A stretch of DNA of 64,000 nucleotides from Candidatus Hydrogenedentota bacterium (GCA_019695095.1 JAIBAQ010000008.1:9748-73747); one strand, 5' to 3'. Counted from the stretch's first letter, positions 30,428 through 40,628 are shown. Notes: a model not told the origin generated them from the letters alone. Made by a program: numbers and translations.

Positions 30428-30832
30428 ATGGACTCACAGACTCCCGCAACACCGGTCTCAAAGAAGATGCTTTGGGCAGGACGCATTATGAGCACCTTGC
30501 CCGTCCTTATGTTGCTCATGAGCGCCACCATGAAGTTCATGCAACCTCCCGACGCCGCAAAAGGCTTCGAACACCTCGGTTGGCCCATCACCCTGGCAAC
30601 CAAGCTCGGGATCGTTGAGCTCGCGTGCACGGCCCTCTACGTAATTCCCCAGACATCGGTCCTTGGCGCAATCCTGCTGACGGGATACCTCGGCGGCGCA
30701 ACCGCCACACATGTCCGCGTCGAAGAAGCATTCCACATGCCCATCCTGCTTGGCGTGCTAATCTGGGGCGGCCTCTTCCTGCGCGACCCCCGCATCCGCG
30801 CGCTGATTCCGTTGCGCAAGAAATCGTCATAG
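30428..30832 (+). CDS. DoxX family membrane protein
   Basis: Start MDSQTPA. Four TM helices with a DoxX-like pattern (LGWPITLATKLGIVELACTALYVIP...GYLGGATATHV). Confidence 0.7.
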   Translation: MDSQTPATPVSKKMLWAGRIMSTLPVLMLLMSATMKFMQPPDAAKGFEHLGWPITLATKLGIVELACTALYVIPQTSVLGAILLTGYLGGATATHVRVEEAFHMPILLGVLIWGGLFLRDPRIRALIPLRKKSS

Positions 30833-31249
30833 AGCGGTGCTGGTCATGTGGAAACGAAGACCGCGTATTCATGAGTTCCTGGCCATCGTTACTCATCTAA
30901 AAATCTACTCGCCAGCGACTCCTCTCGCGAAAGCGATCAATCAAGTGGACGCGTAGATGGAATCCCCCAGTCTGCACCAGTGTCTGAAGCGTCCGATTAG
31001 TGGATCGCATTGAAGAGCATGTTGCAGGAGTCGCGAGTGTCAGGGCCGCGTGTACATGACGCGCGAGTGGCGGTCATCTACCGGCAACAAGGTGTGGAAG
31101 AATTGTAGACGGCTGAACGGAACTTCAGCCGCTTCACGAATCCGAAAACGAAGAACCCGTTGCTCGCGCCCTGGCGGTGTATCTCCTCATTCGGCTCATT
31201 ATCGACCTGCGCTCAATGGCGCACTCGCGATTGGTCGAGAGAATTTCGG

Positions 31250-32092
31250 ATGCACATAAGGAATCTATCGCACGCAATATTGCATCAATCACTTGACCAC
31301 ATCTTCGCAAGATCAACTCCGCAAAAATGTTGCAGTGGGTGAAGTGTGAAACCAAATTCTTCTTGCGGAGATCATGATCGGATGCTATACTGCGCATTGC
31401 TTATTCGCGGGGCGGACCGCTTGAATAAGTGGTCGCGACTGCACCGCACAAAACCGGTCTTCGCGGTGGCATCTGAAAGCTTCACTCCTCAGTACTTTTC
31501 GAGCTTATGAGGGTCTTTTGTGTCTCAACGCGGGAGGTTGTGGCATGCTCCCTTTGTGTACGGCGCAGTCCGAGATCATGTCGAGAAGCGGTACCTCCCT
31601 CCCCCTCCAAATTCATCGGCGGTCCGGCTATCCTGCAAAAGCGATTGATCGCTCTGTCCACTCTCGCGGTCCAATCGCAATAAGATCGATGCGCGAAGAT
31701 CTTCGATCCTCCGCGACGAATTCGAGCGCATTGAATCCGATTCAACATATGCGGGCTTTGATCAGTACAAATCTGGCATTGCGCAGCGGCGCAAAACACG
31801 TGGGGTTCGCGCGTCGTAGTTTATGCCTTGACAGGCACCGTGTTCATGGTGCAAACTCCACGTCCATTTTTTGCGGATCGCCTGATTTTTCAGGCTTGTG
31901 GACGAATTGTGGATAAGTTGTGGATAAGCGATCGGGAGCGGAACTGGGTGCTGTGTGGGGTGATGGGATACGCGCGTGAGCGGCTGGATGCTATGGCAGA
32001 CGGTTGTCGCGCGCGGCCTCGTGCCCGATAATGATCGCATGACGATGGGAAGGGGTTGACAAGTGTTGGCGTCTGAAACTTGACGCCGCGCG
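31250..32092. other. Probable chromosomal replication origin (oriC) region upstream of dnaA. Tandem DnaA boxes TTGTGGATAAG x2 at 31907-31930.
   Basis: Two adjacent copies of the TGTGGATAA DnaA-box consensus ~160 nt upstream of the dnaA ORF. Relatively AT-rich stretch 31260-31400 with GATC sites. No coding signal across ~1.2 kb. Confidence 0.6.
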
Positions 32093-33574
32093 ATGGGTAG
32101 GGGAACAAACGTGAGTGATTCAAGCTTTGCTACCGTGAGGTGCGCCGAGACCCAATGGCACGTCGAGGTGAAGCAGGCAAGGCGGGAAGGGGATCAGGCA
32201 TTGCCCACTGAGGAGAACGTTGGGATGGTAGGACCGGTTTCGGGGAACCCCTGGGAATTGGCCCAAGACCGGCTCCAAAAGATACTCGACGAGCACAGTT
32301 ACAAGAATTGGTTTTCTCAGACTCGTTTTCAATCCTATAACGACGGCAAGTTAATGATTGCCGTGCCCAGTCAGTTCTTCGCGGACTGGCTGCGCGATCA
32401 CTATTTAGATGCAGTCAGTGCATGTGTCGGCGCGGTTGCGCCTGACTTGCGCGAAGTGGCCTTTGTTCCAACCGGCGAAGGATTGCCTCCGATTGCCGTG
32501 GATGCGCCGGCGCCGCATCGCGCGCGGCCGGCAAAAGACGTTCAGAAAATCGAAGGATTCAATCCTCGTTACGTGTTCGAACGTTTCGTAGTTGGCAGCG
32601 GCAATCGCTTTGCTCACGCCGCGGCTCGCGCCGTGGCCGAGAATCCGGCACGTGCCTACAACCCGTTGTTCCTTTACGGGGGAACGGGGCTCGGCAAAAC
32701 GCACCTTATGCAGGCCATTGGCCAGGAAATTGTGCGCCGTAATCCGAGCGCAAATGTCGCATTCATTTCTTCGGAACACTTTACGAATCAGCTCATCGAG
32801 AGTATCGCAAAGAAGTCGACGATGCGGTTCCGCGCCAAGTACCGCAAGGTCGATGTCCTTCTGATTGACGATATTCACTTCATTTCCGGTAAGGAAGCTA
32901 CGCAGGAAGAGTTTTTCCATACGTTTAACGCGCTCTTCGACATGCACAAGCAGATTGTCATTTCGAGCGATCGGCAGCCGAAGGAAATCCCCGGGCTTGA
33001 AGAACGCCTCATCTCTCGTTTCGAGTGGGGTCTGGTTACCGATATTCAGCCGCCCGATCTCGAGACCCGCATCGCTATCTTGCAGAACAAAGCCGCGCAG
33101 GAGAGCATCGTTGCGCCGCCTGAAGTGCTCAAGTACATCGCCACCTACGTCACCACGAACATCCGTGAGTTGGAAGGGGCGCTAGTCACCGTGATGGCGT
33201 TTGCGTCGTTGACCGGGCAGAAGATTACGCTTGCTCTCGCGGAGGAAGTGTTGCGCGACCTGATCGGACGCAACAAGGTGAAGCCGATCACCATCGAGAC
33301 GGTTCAGCGCGTTGTCGCCGAGCACTTCGATGTCCGTATCAGCGATTTGCGCGGGCGCAGCCGCCAACGTCAGGTGGCCTATCCCAGGCAAGTGGCCATG
33401 TACCTGTGCAAAGACCTTATTCCGAGTCTCTCGCTCATGGAAGTAGGCGAGGCCTTCGGCGGCAAAGACCACACCACGGTCATCTACGCTTGCCAGAAAA
33501 TCAGTCAGGAGATTCGCGAATCTGCCGAAGTCAGCCAGCTTGTCGGGCAATTGGAGCGCAAGATCCGCGCCTAG
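32093..33574 (+). CDS. dnaA: Chromosomal replication initiator protein DnaA (likely true start near 32225, MVGPVSGNPWELAQ)
   Basis: Domain I motif NPWELAQDRLQKILDEHSYKNWF. AAA+ Walker A LFLYGGTGLGKTHL, Walker B VLLIDDIHF. Sensor and box VII. C-terminal DNA-binding domain VAMYLCKDLIPSLSLMEVGEAFGGKDHTTVIYACQKI. Confidence 0.9.
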   Translation: MGRGTNVSDSSFATVRCAETQWHVEVKQARREGDQALPTEENVGMVGPVSGNPWELAQDRLQKILDEHSYKNWFSQTRFQSYNDGKLMIAVPSQFFADWLRDHYLDAVSACVGAVAPDLREVAFVPTGEGLPPIAVDAPAPHRARPAKDVQKIEGFNPRYVFERFVVGSGNRFAHAAARAVAENPARAYNPLFLYGGTGLGKTHLMQAIGQEIVRRNPSANVAFISSEHFTNQLIESIAKKSTMRFRAKYRKVDVLLIDDIHFISGKEATQEEFFHTFNALFDMHKQIVISSDRQPKEIPGLEERLISRFEWGLVTDIQPPDLETRIAILQNKAAQESIVAPPEVLKYIATYVTTNIRELEGALVTVMAFASLTGQKITLALAEEVLRDLIGRNKVKPITIETVQRVVAEHFDVRISDLRGRSRQRQVAYPRQVAMYLCKDLIPSLSLMEVGEAFGGKDHTTVIYACQKISQEIRESAEVSQLVGQLERKIRA

Positions 33575-33786
33575 CATACATCACTCGTTTTTTTTGCGGC
33601 GTTTGTCTCTGTTGAGCGAACGCCGCACTTCTTTTATGTGTCCAGGTGCGACCTGTAAACCGAAAGTGGCCATGAAGCGTTCTTACCGTGATTGTACGTC
33701 CGAGTGTCATTGAGGTGTACAATAGAAATCGTCCGGTGTACGTGATAAGTCAGACCGACTGTGAGCACTACGATGGGAGGCAAACC

Positions 33787-34458
33787 ATGCGCGCATTTCT
33801 CATTGCAGTAGCCGTGTTTGTTTCGACGTGCGTACCGTACCCTGCTTTTGCTGCCAGCGAGGAGGATGAGGCTACCCTTACCAAAGTCGGTGACGTCGCG
33901 CCGCCGTTTGACTTGACCACTCTTGATGGGCAACAAATTGACAATGCCTCCGTGAAGGGCAAGGTAGTTGTCCTCAATTTCTTCGCTACCTGGTGCGGGC
34001 CTTGCCAAGCAGAACTTCCACACGTGGAAGAACTGTGGAATCGTCTCAAAACGGAGGATTTGATCATCTTGGCTGTCGGGCGAGAACACACTCGAGAGGA
34101 AATGAAGCAATTCAATGAAGAGAAGAAGTTCACGTTTCTCCTCGCCCCTGATCCCGAACGTAAGGTGTATAGCGGTTACGCCACGAAGTCTATTCCGCGC
34201 ACGTATGTCATCGACAGAGACGGGCGCATCGCTTATCAATCCATCGGATACAATAATGCGGAATTTGACAAGATGACTGCGGAAGTTGAGAAGCTCCTCA
34301 ACACGAAGAAGGAAGAGAAGAAGAGCGAGGCGAAGGCCATCACTTCCTCCGGCGCGGATGAAGCTGATGCCTCGCTCCCGGGTTTGCAGCGCGTGGAAGT
34401 GCACGGGGAAATCCGAACCCGCGCACAAGCCTGGAAGGGCAGATCGCCGCGCATATAA
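33787..34458 (+). CDS. TlpA-like thiol:disulfide oxidoreductase (redoxin family) with signal peptide
   Basis: CXXC motif FFATWCGPCQAELP. Signal peptide MRAFLIAVAVFVSTCVPYPAFA. Lys/Glu-rich C-terminal tail. Confidence 0.75.
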   Translation: MRAFLIAVAVFVSTCVPYPAFAASEEDEATLTKVGDVAPPFDLTTLDGQQIDNASVKGKVVVLNFFATWCGPCQAELPHVEELWNRLKTEDLIILAVGREHTREEMKQFNEEKKFTFLLAPDPERKVYSGYATKSIPRTYVIDRDGRIAYQSIGYNNAEFDKMTAEVEKLLNTKKEEKKSEAKAITSSGADEADASLPGLQRVEVHGEIRTRAQAWKGRSPRI

Positions 34459-34540
34459 ACGGCGCGAACCTTGAGTCTGTTCTGGTGTCCAAAGGTATAT
34501 GAAACGGGCGAGCATACGGCTTGCCCCATAGTGGAGGAAT

Positions 34541-35956
34541 ATGACTATGCGTAGTTTGGGGATTTGGATCGTGGCATTCGCGGCCAGCGTCTCCCTCTTT
34601 GCCGACACTCCTGCGATGACGAGTACCGAAGCCGACCAAAAAGACGTGGCAGTCACGATTTACAACAACGGGCTTGCCCTGGTTCGCGATACGCGTGATG
34701 TGAAACTTCCGTCCGGCGAAGTAAGCCTTCAATTCATGGATGTGGCGCAACAAATCCAGCCGCAGACAGTCGGACTGCGCTCGACTTCCGCGCCGGGTTC
34801 GGTCGCCATCCTCGAGCAGAACTACGAATACGACCTGATCAGCCCTTCGAAACTCATGGAGAAGTTCGTCGGGAAGCGTGTGAAACTCATCAACTTCAGC
34901 AATGAGGTCAACTTCGAGCAGATGGAAGCCGATCTGCTGAGTGTCAACGAGGGACCTGTCTACAAGGTCAACAACGAGATCTACTTGGGCTATCCGGGTA
35001 ATGTCGTTTTGCCGGAAATTCCCGAAAACCTGATCGCAAAGCCCTCGTTGATCTGGCTTCTCGCCAATCAGGGCACGGACCAGACACTCCAAGTCAACTA
35101 CCTCACCAACGGCATTTCATGGACAGCGGATTATGTTGTTACGCTTGCCAAAAGCGAGAAATCGCTCGACGTCTCCGGTTGGGTAACTCTCGACAACCAG
35201 TGCGGCGCGACCTTCACCAATGCGCAGCTGAAATTAGTGGCAGGCGATGTCAACATCGCTCAACCTCCGCCCGTGCCAATGATGGCTAAGGGCGCGAGAA
35301 TGGCTGAGGCGGCCATGGCCCCGCCGATGCCGCAAGAGGAATCGTTCGCGGAATACCACCTCTATACCATGCCGCGCCGCACGACGATTAAGCAGAATCA
35401 GTCGAAGCAACTGGCGCTGCTGACCGGTTCCGGCATCCAATGCGCCAAGAAATACGAGTATCGCGGGCAAGTCCATTTCTTTAGCTCACCGATAGGCAGG
35501 CTGCCCGAAGAGAAGGTAGGTGTATTCCTTGAGTTCGAGAACAAAGAAGCCAACGGCCTCGGCATCCCGCTGCCCGGCGGCGTCATGCGCATTTACCAGG
35601 AAGACAGCGAAGGCATGCTGCAGTTCTCTGGTGAAGACCGCATCAAGCACACACCCAAAGACGAGAAACTCACTCTCAAACTGGGCAACGCATTCGATGT
35701 CGTCGCGGAACGCGTTCAAACCGACTTCCAACAACTCGCCGATCGCCTCACCGAATCCTCGTTTGAGATCACCATTCGCAACCACAAAGAGTCTGACATC
35801 AGCGTCGACGTTGTTGAACCGATGTCGTCCGATTGGCAGATCGTAACGTCGAGCATTCCGCACAAGAAGAAAGACGCGCAGACGGCGGTATTCACGGTGC
35901 CGGTTCCCAAGGATGGCGAAGTGAAACTCACCTACACAGCGCGTGTGAAATGGTAA
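34541..35956 (+). CDS. Secreted DUF4139/DUF4140-like protein (MuiA-like family), paralog 1
   Basis: 471 aa. Signal peptide. N-terminal VAVTIYNNGLALVRDTRDVKLPSGEVSLQFMDVAQQIQPQTVGL pattern typical of DUF4140. ~70% identical to the next gene. Confidence 0.6.
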   Translation: MTMRSLGIWIVAFAASVSLFADTPAMTSTEADQKDVAVTIYNNGLALVRDTRDVKLPSGEVSLQFMDVAQQIQPQTVGLRSTSAPGSVAILEQNYEYDLISPSKLMEKFVGKRVKLINFSNEVNFEQMEADLLSVNEGPVYKVNNEIYLGYPGNVVLPEIPENLIAKPSLIWLLANQGTDQTLQVNYLTNGISWTADYVVTLAKSEKSLDVSGWVTLDNQCGATFTNAQLKLVAGDVNIAQPPPVPMMAKGARMAEAAMAPPMPQEESFAEYHLYTMPRRTTIKQNQSKQLALLTGSGIQCAKKYEYRGQVHFFSSPIGRLPEEKVGVFLEFENKEANGLGIPLPGGVMRIYQEDSEGMLQFSGEDRIKHTPKDEKLTLKLGNAFDVVAERVQTDFQQLADRLTESSFEITIRNHKESDISVDVVEPMSSDWQIVTSSIPHKKKDAQTAVFTVPVPKDGEVKLTYTARVKW

Positions 35957-35999
35957 CTTCTGAAGCGGCAAGCGCAACGCTCCGAAAGGATCACTTTGT

Positions 36000-37475
36000 A
36001 TGCAATATCTGAGGTTGTCGATGGTCGCCGTTATGCTCGGCGTGAGCATCTGCTACGGTCAAGACGCCACATCATCGCCGGCTCCCTTCTCCAGTTCATT
36101 GAGAGACCCGCTAAAAGGGTCTTTGAACACGACGGAGAGCACCTTGGCCGAGCAGACAGAAGTAGCCGTCACGGCGTACAACAATGACTTGGCATTGGTC
36201 CGCGACGTCCGAAAGTTGAAGCTTCTGCCAGGAGAGTTTTCCCTGCGATTCGCCGACGTCGCGCAGCAAATCCGTCCTCAGACCGTCAGTCTGAAATCCG
36301 CAAACGCGCCGGGGTCGCTACGTGTGCTGGAGCAAAACTACGAATACGACCTCATCAGCCCATCGAAACTTATGGAGAAGTACGTGGGCAAGCCGGTGCG
36401 TTTGCAGAACTTCGACAACCAGATTCGCGTAAGCGACGTCGAAGCCGAATTGCTGAGCGTAAACGAAGGACCTGTCTACAAGGTCAACGACGAAATCTAC
36501 CTCGGGCATCCCGGTACCGTGGTCTTGCCGGATATCCCCGAGGAATTGATCAGTAAACCATCGCTCATCTGGCTGCTGGACAATGATCAATCTGAGCAGA
36601 CGGTCGAGGTCACTTATCTAACCGGAGGTTTTACCTGGCAGGCCGATTACGTGCTGACCCTTTCCGAGGATGCCGCGAACCTCGATCTTGCCGGCTGGGT
36701 GACAGTGACGAACAGCAGCGGGGCCACGTACAACAATGCCCAGTTGAAGTTGGTCGCAGGCGAGGTGAACGTAGTACGGATACCTGAAGACCCAAGCGGT
36801 GGATTGGTCTTCGATTTGAACAGTGATGGTCTGGCGCGCAGTGTTCAGCCTACTGAAGAGTCTTTTGCCGAATACCACCTCTACACCTTCCCGCGAAAGA
36901 CGACTATCAAGCAGAACCAAACCAAGCAGCTCAACCTATTGCAGGCGAGTGGCGCGAAGTCCGTCAAGAAGTACGAATACCGCGGACAGCCGGAATTCTA
37001 CTTCACTAAATTTGGTCCGCTTCCCGAGCAAAAGGTGGAGACATACCTCGAATTCGACAATAAAGAGGCGAATCAGTTGGGTATGCCCCTGCCTGCCGGC
37101 ACCATGCGCGTGTACCAGGCCGACAAAGAGGGTATGCTTCAATTTGCGGGTGAGGATCGCATTGAGCACACTCCGAAAGACGAGACCATTCGACTTAAGC
37201 TTGGCAACGCGTTCGACATCGTTGCGGAACGCGTCCAGACCGACTTCCAGCAGTTGGCTCCCAATCTCACGCAGTCGTCCTTTGAAATCACCCTGCGTAA
37301 TCACAAGGACCAAGACATTGTGGTAGACGTCGTTGAACCGATGGTGGGGGACTGGTCCATTCAGGCGAAGTCACACGAATTCACCAAGAAGGATGCGAAT
37401 ACCGCCGTCTTTAGCCTGCCGGTACCCAAGGACGGCGAAACCAAGCTCACCTATACGGTGCGCGTGAAGACCTGA
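36000..37475 (+). CDS. Secreted DUF4139/DUF4140-like protein, paralog 2 (tandem duplicate)
   Basis: 491 aa, collinear with 34541..35956 (e.g. LEQNYEYDLISPSKLMEK shared verbatim). Confidence 0.6.
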   Translation: MQYLRLSMVAVMLGVSICYGQDATSSPAPFSSSLRDPLKGSLNTTESTLAEQTEVAVTAYNNDLALVRDVRKLKLLPGEFSLRFADVAQQIRPQTVSLKSANAPGSLRVLEQNYEYDLISPSKLMEKYVGKPVRLQNFDNQIRVSDVEAELLSVNEGPVYKVNDEIYLGHPGTVVLPDIPEELISKPSLIWLLDNDQSEQTVEVTYLTGGFTWQADYVLTLSEDAANLDLAGWVTVTNSSGATYNNAQLKLVAGEVNVVRIPEDPSGGLVFDLNSDGLARSVQPTEESFAEYHLYTFPRKTTIKQNQTKQLNLLQASGAKSVKKYEYRGQPEFYFTKFGPLPEQKVETYLEFDNKEANQLGMPLPAGTMRVYQADKEGMLQFAGEDRIEHTPKDETIRLKLGNAFDIVAERVQTDFQQLAPNLTQSSFEITLRNHKDQDIVVDVVEPMVGDWSIQAKSHEFTKKDANTAVFSLPVPKDGETKLTYTVRVKT

Positions 37476-37480
37476 CGAAC

Positions 37481-38164
37481 GTGGGGGAGAAGTTGACTCA
37501 TCTCACGGCTGCGCAGATGCGAGAAGCGGACCGGCGTAGTATCGAAGAACTGGGTATCCCCGGCGCTGTCCTCATGAACAACGCCGGGGCTGCTGTCTTC
37601 CGCGAGATCCAGCGAGGTCCCGTTGGGATTGTGTGCGGCAAGGGCAACAACGGTGGGGACGGGTTCGTCGTCGCGCGACTTGCTCTGCTGGCGGGTCTGG
37701 ACACACGCGTCGTTCTACTGACTTCGCCGGAGGCAGTCACCGGCGATGCCGCCACGTTTCTTCAGGCCTATTTGCGCTTGGGGGGACATTTGGAGGCTGC
37801 CGAAAACGAGCAAGAAACGCGGAACGCCGTCGCGGGTCTGCGTGATTGTGCCGTATTGGTTGACGCCATGCTCGGAACGGGCGTCAAGGGAGAAGTACGA
37901 GGTGTATTCCGAGCCGCCATCGAAACTTGGCCCGGCGTGCCAACTATCGCGGTGGACTTACCTTCAGGTCTTGACGCAGATACCGGCGAATGCCTGGGGT
38001 GCTGCATTCGCGCCCATACCACCGTCACGTTCCAGTTTCCCAAGTGCGGCTTTCTAAACCCGGCCGCCCATCCATATCTTGGTCACGTCGTCGTAGCTGA
38101 TATCGGCATTCCATACATATGTGCCGACGATGAGGCCTATCGTGCGCTCTGCCTTCAGCGATAG
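37481..38164 (+). CDS. nnrE: NAD(P)H-hydrate epimerase (YjeF N-terminal domain)
   Basis: GTG start. Motif IVCGKGNNGGDGFVVAR typical of the YjeF_N epimerase domain. Confidence 0.8.
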   Translation: MGEKLTHLTAAQMREADRRSIEELGIPGAVLMNNAGAAVFREIQRGPVGIVCGKGNNGGDGFVVARLALLAGLDTRVVLLTSPEAVTGDAATFLQAYLRLGGHLEAAENEQETRNAVAGLRDCAVLVDAMLGTGVKGEVRGVFRAAIETWPGVPTIAVDLPSGLDADTGECLGCCIRAHTTVTFQFPKCGFLNPAAHPYLGHVVVADIGIPYICADDEAYRALCLQR

Positions 38165-38195
38165 CGCCCGACCTCACAGCGATTCCCCTCATTTG

Positions 38196-38213
38196 AACTC
38201 ACGAGTTCAAGTT
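38196..38213. promoter_or_regulatory. Perfect palindrome TTGAACTC-AC-GAGTTCAA between nnrE and the FAAL-PKS cluster
   Basis: 8-bp inverted repeat with 2-nt spacer, 32 nt after the nnrE stop. Not followed by a T-tract. Operator-like rather than an intrinsic terminator. Confidence 0.4.
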
Positions 38214-38692
38214 AACTGTCCCGCATACTCCGGGCCACACCCGTACCAATCCGCGAAATGTGTAATAGCCTCACTCCTAATTTGTATTTCCGATAGCAGG
38301 ATGGTAATCTTGTGATGCTTGCGCACTCGAACCCTGTAAACGCTTTGCCAATGGTAAGTTAGGTATTGTCTTCGACGTACAGGGGCGAGGTGGTGGGGAA
38401 GGCGCCGGCTGAAACCAGTTCCTTTTTGCGTAAGTCTGTACACCGGAAGGTGTTTTGTCGGCGCGAGGCCCAAGTCCATTCAGGATCGCAAGGTAGGTTT
38501 GCCCGTTCTCGCGGCCGGAAGCCCCGGTTGAGAATCGAGCGAATCGCGGAGTCGATGGTGGCGACATCTGCTATTGAGTTTGGGAGCATGAGTGAAACAA
38601 TCTCGCATATCGATGTCACTGAAGAATGTGCGCCGATTGTTCTCATGAAGAACATAGCCAATCGATCGCGTGGTTTGTTTAGGGAGTGATGG

Positions 38693-40552
38693 ATGACTCA
38701 AAAGAACTGGACTCATACCGACGTACGCCCGTTCCCCTCACACGCGGACAAACAGACCGCTAACCGGAGTTCCTGGCTGTCGCAGATCGAATGTTCCGCC
38801 GTTTCGATGGTTGACCTCCTGCGTCAACGGGCGCTAAGGCGTCCCGACAGAACCATCTATACCTTCTTGACAGACGGCGAAGAGATTGGTTCTTCCCTCA
38901 CGTATTCGCAATTGGATACGCAAGCGCGCGCCATCGCTGCGACGCTGCAGGAGTTCTGCAAACCTGGCGATCGCGCATTGCTCGTTTTCCCTCCCGGGCT
39001 TGAATATGTATCCGCATTTTTCGGCTGTTTGTATGCCGGTGTGTTGGCCGTACCCGTCTATCCGCCCGACCCTTCGCGCTTGAAGCGTACGTTGCCACGG
39101 TTCCGCGTCATCGTTGACGACGCACAGCCGTCCGTGGCCCTGACGTGCGCGGCCCTCCTGAACATGGAGCAGGCCCTGGCGCACGCGGACCCAAGTCTTT
39201 CTACACTCCGGTGGATTGCGAGCGACAAGGTGAATCCCAAGCTCGCGGAAGCGTGGGAAGACCCCACGATCATGCCGGACCACATCGCCTTTCTGCAGTA
39301 CACCTCCGGCTCCACGGCCAATCCCAAAGGCGTGATGGTCAGCAACGGAAATCTCCTCTTCAACTTGCACGACATGAGCCGGTATTTCGACGACACGGAA
39401 GAGAACTGCCTTGTAACGTGGCTGCCAACGTACCACGACATGGGCCTCATCCACAGTCTGCTGCATCCTTTATACAAAGACTATCCCTGCTACTCCATGT
39501 CTCCGATGGCGTTTCTGCAACGTCCTTACCGATGGTTGCGCGCTATTTCCAAGTTTCGGGCTACCACAAGTGTGGCTCCGAACTTCGCGTACGACCTGTG
39601 CGTGAGAAAAATTACCCCCGAACAGCGGGACGTGCTTGACCTGAGTAGCTGGCGTTCGGCCGGAAACGGAGCCGAACCGGTTCGCCCCGAAACGCTGGAA
39701 CGGTTCTACAACACCTTTAAGCAGTGCGGATTCCGGTGGCGTGCCATTACGCCCGGTTACGGTTTGGCGGAAGCGACGCTTGAGGTATCCCAGACCTCGC
39801 ACGAGGAAGGTCCGACGTTTCTGCCCATCAAATCGGATGAGCTGGAGCGGCACCGCGCCGTCGAGGCACAGAAGCCGGGGCCCGGTGTTCGCGTGCTGGT
39901 TAGTTGCGGGCGTCCTTCCAAGGATACACGGGTCATTATCGTCGATCCGGAATCGTGCCTTCAGTGTACCCCCGATACCGTCGGCGAGATTTGGGTAGCT
40001 GGCCCGACCGTCGCACAGGGGTATTGGCGTCGCGCGGAGGATACGCGGGAAACCTTCCAGGCTTGTCTAGCCGACTCCGGTGAAGGACCGTTCCTGCGGA
40101 CCGGCGACCTGGGCTTCATGAAAGACGGCTATCTTTTCGTTACGGGCCGCATTAAGGATATGATTATCATCGATGGGTTCAACCACTATCCCCAGGATAT
40201 TGAGCGGACCGTCGAACTCAGCCATTCGGCCGTGCGGCCGGGGTGTTGCGCCGCCTTTTCCATTGAGGAAGGCGGCCAGGAACGTCTCATCGTCGTCAGC
40301 GAAGTGGCTGAAACCGTCCAGCGCGACGTATCGGCTTCCGCGGACAGCGGCCAGACCCAGGGGATGGTGGAGCCGAAGGAAGTCATTACGGCGATTCGCC
40401 GGGCAGTTTCGGAGTGTCACGACCTCCGTGTGTTTAAAGTATGCCTGATCGAACCAAGAAGTATTCACAAGACAACCAGCGGGAAAATCCAGCGGCAAGC
40501 GTGCCGGTCGGCTTTTCTCGATGGGGTGCATCGGGTGGTAGCCTGCGAGTGA
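38693..40552 (+). CDS. Fatty acyl-AMP ligase (FAAL; FadD32/FAAL-type adenylation enzyme), the loading enzyme for the downstream PKS
   Basis: 619 aa. AMP-binding core TYTSGSTANPKGVMVSNGNL (A3), GYGLAEATL (A5), YRTGDLGF (A7). FAAL-style N-terminus and insertion. No CoA-ligase C-terminal extension recognised. Confidence 0.85.
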   Translation: MTQKNWTHTDVRPFPSHADKQTANRSSWLSQIECSAVSMVDLLRQRALRRPDRTIYTFLTDGEEIGSSLTYSQLDTQARAIAATLQEFCKPGDRALLVFPPGLEYVSAFFGCLYAGVLAVPVYPPDPSRLKRTLPRFRVIVDDAQPSVALTCAALLNMEQALAHADPSLSTLRWIASDKVNPKLAEAWEDPTIMPDHIAFLQYTSGSTANPKGVMVSNGNLLFNLHDMSRYFDDTEENCLVTWLPTYHDMGLIHSLLHPLYKDYPCYSMSPMAFLQRPYRWLRAISKFRATTSVAPNFAYDLCVRKITPEQRDVLDLSSWRSAGNGAEPVRPETLERFYNTFKQCGFRWRAITPGYGLAEATLEVSQTSHEEGPTFLPIKSDELERHRAVEAQKPGPGVRVLVSCGRPSKDTRVIIVDPESCLQCTPDTVGEIWVAGPTVAQGYWRRAEDTRETFQACLADSGEGPFLRTGDLGFMKDGYLFVTGRIKDMIIIDGFNHYPQDIERTVELSHSAVRPGCCAAFSIEEGGQERLIVVSEVAETVQRDVSASADSGQTQGMVEPKEVITAIRRAVSECHDLRVFKVCLIEPRSIHKTTSGKIQRQACRSAFLDGVHRVVACE

Positions 40553-40628
40553 GGCGGCGCGTGGGTGCGTCGCATGGCGCCATGACCCGCGTGCGCATGA
40601 TTAGCCTGTCTTCGCGCGTTTCCGCGCA

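Noticed and set aside
38366-38689. 107-aa ORF in the FAAL upstream leader
   Set aside because: No RBS or motif support. More likely a non-coding leader. Kept as part of the regulatory-leader observation.
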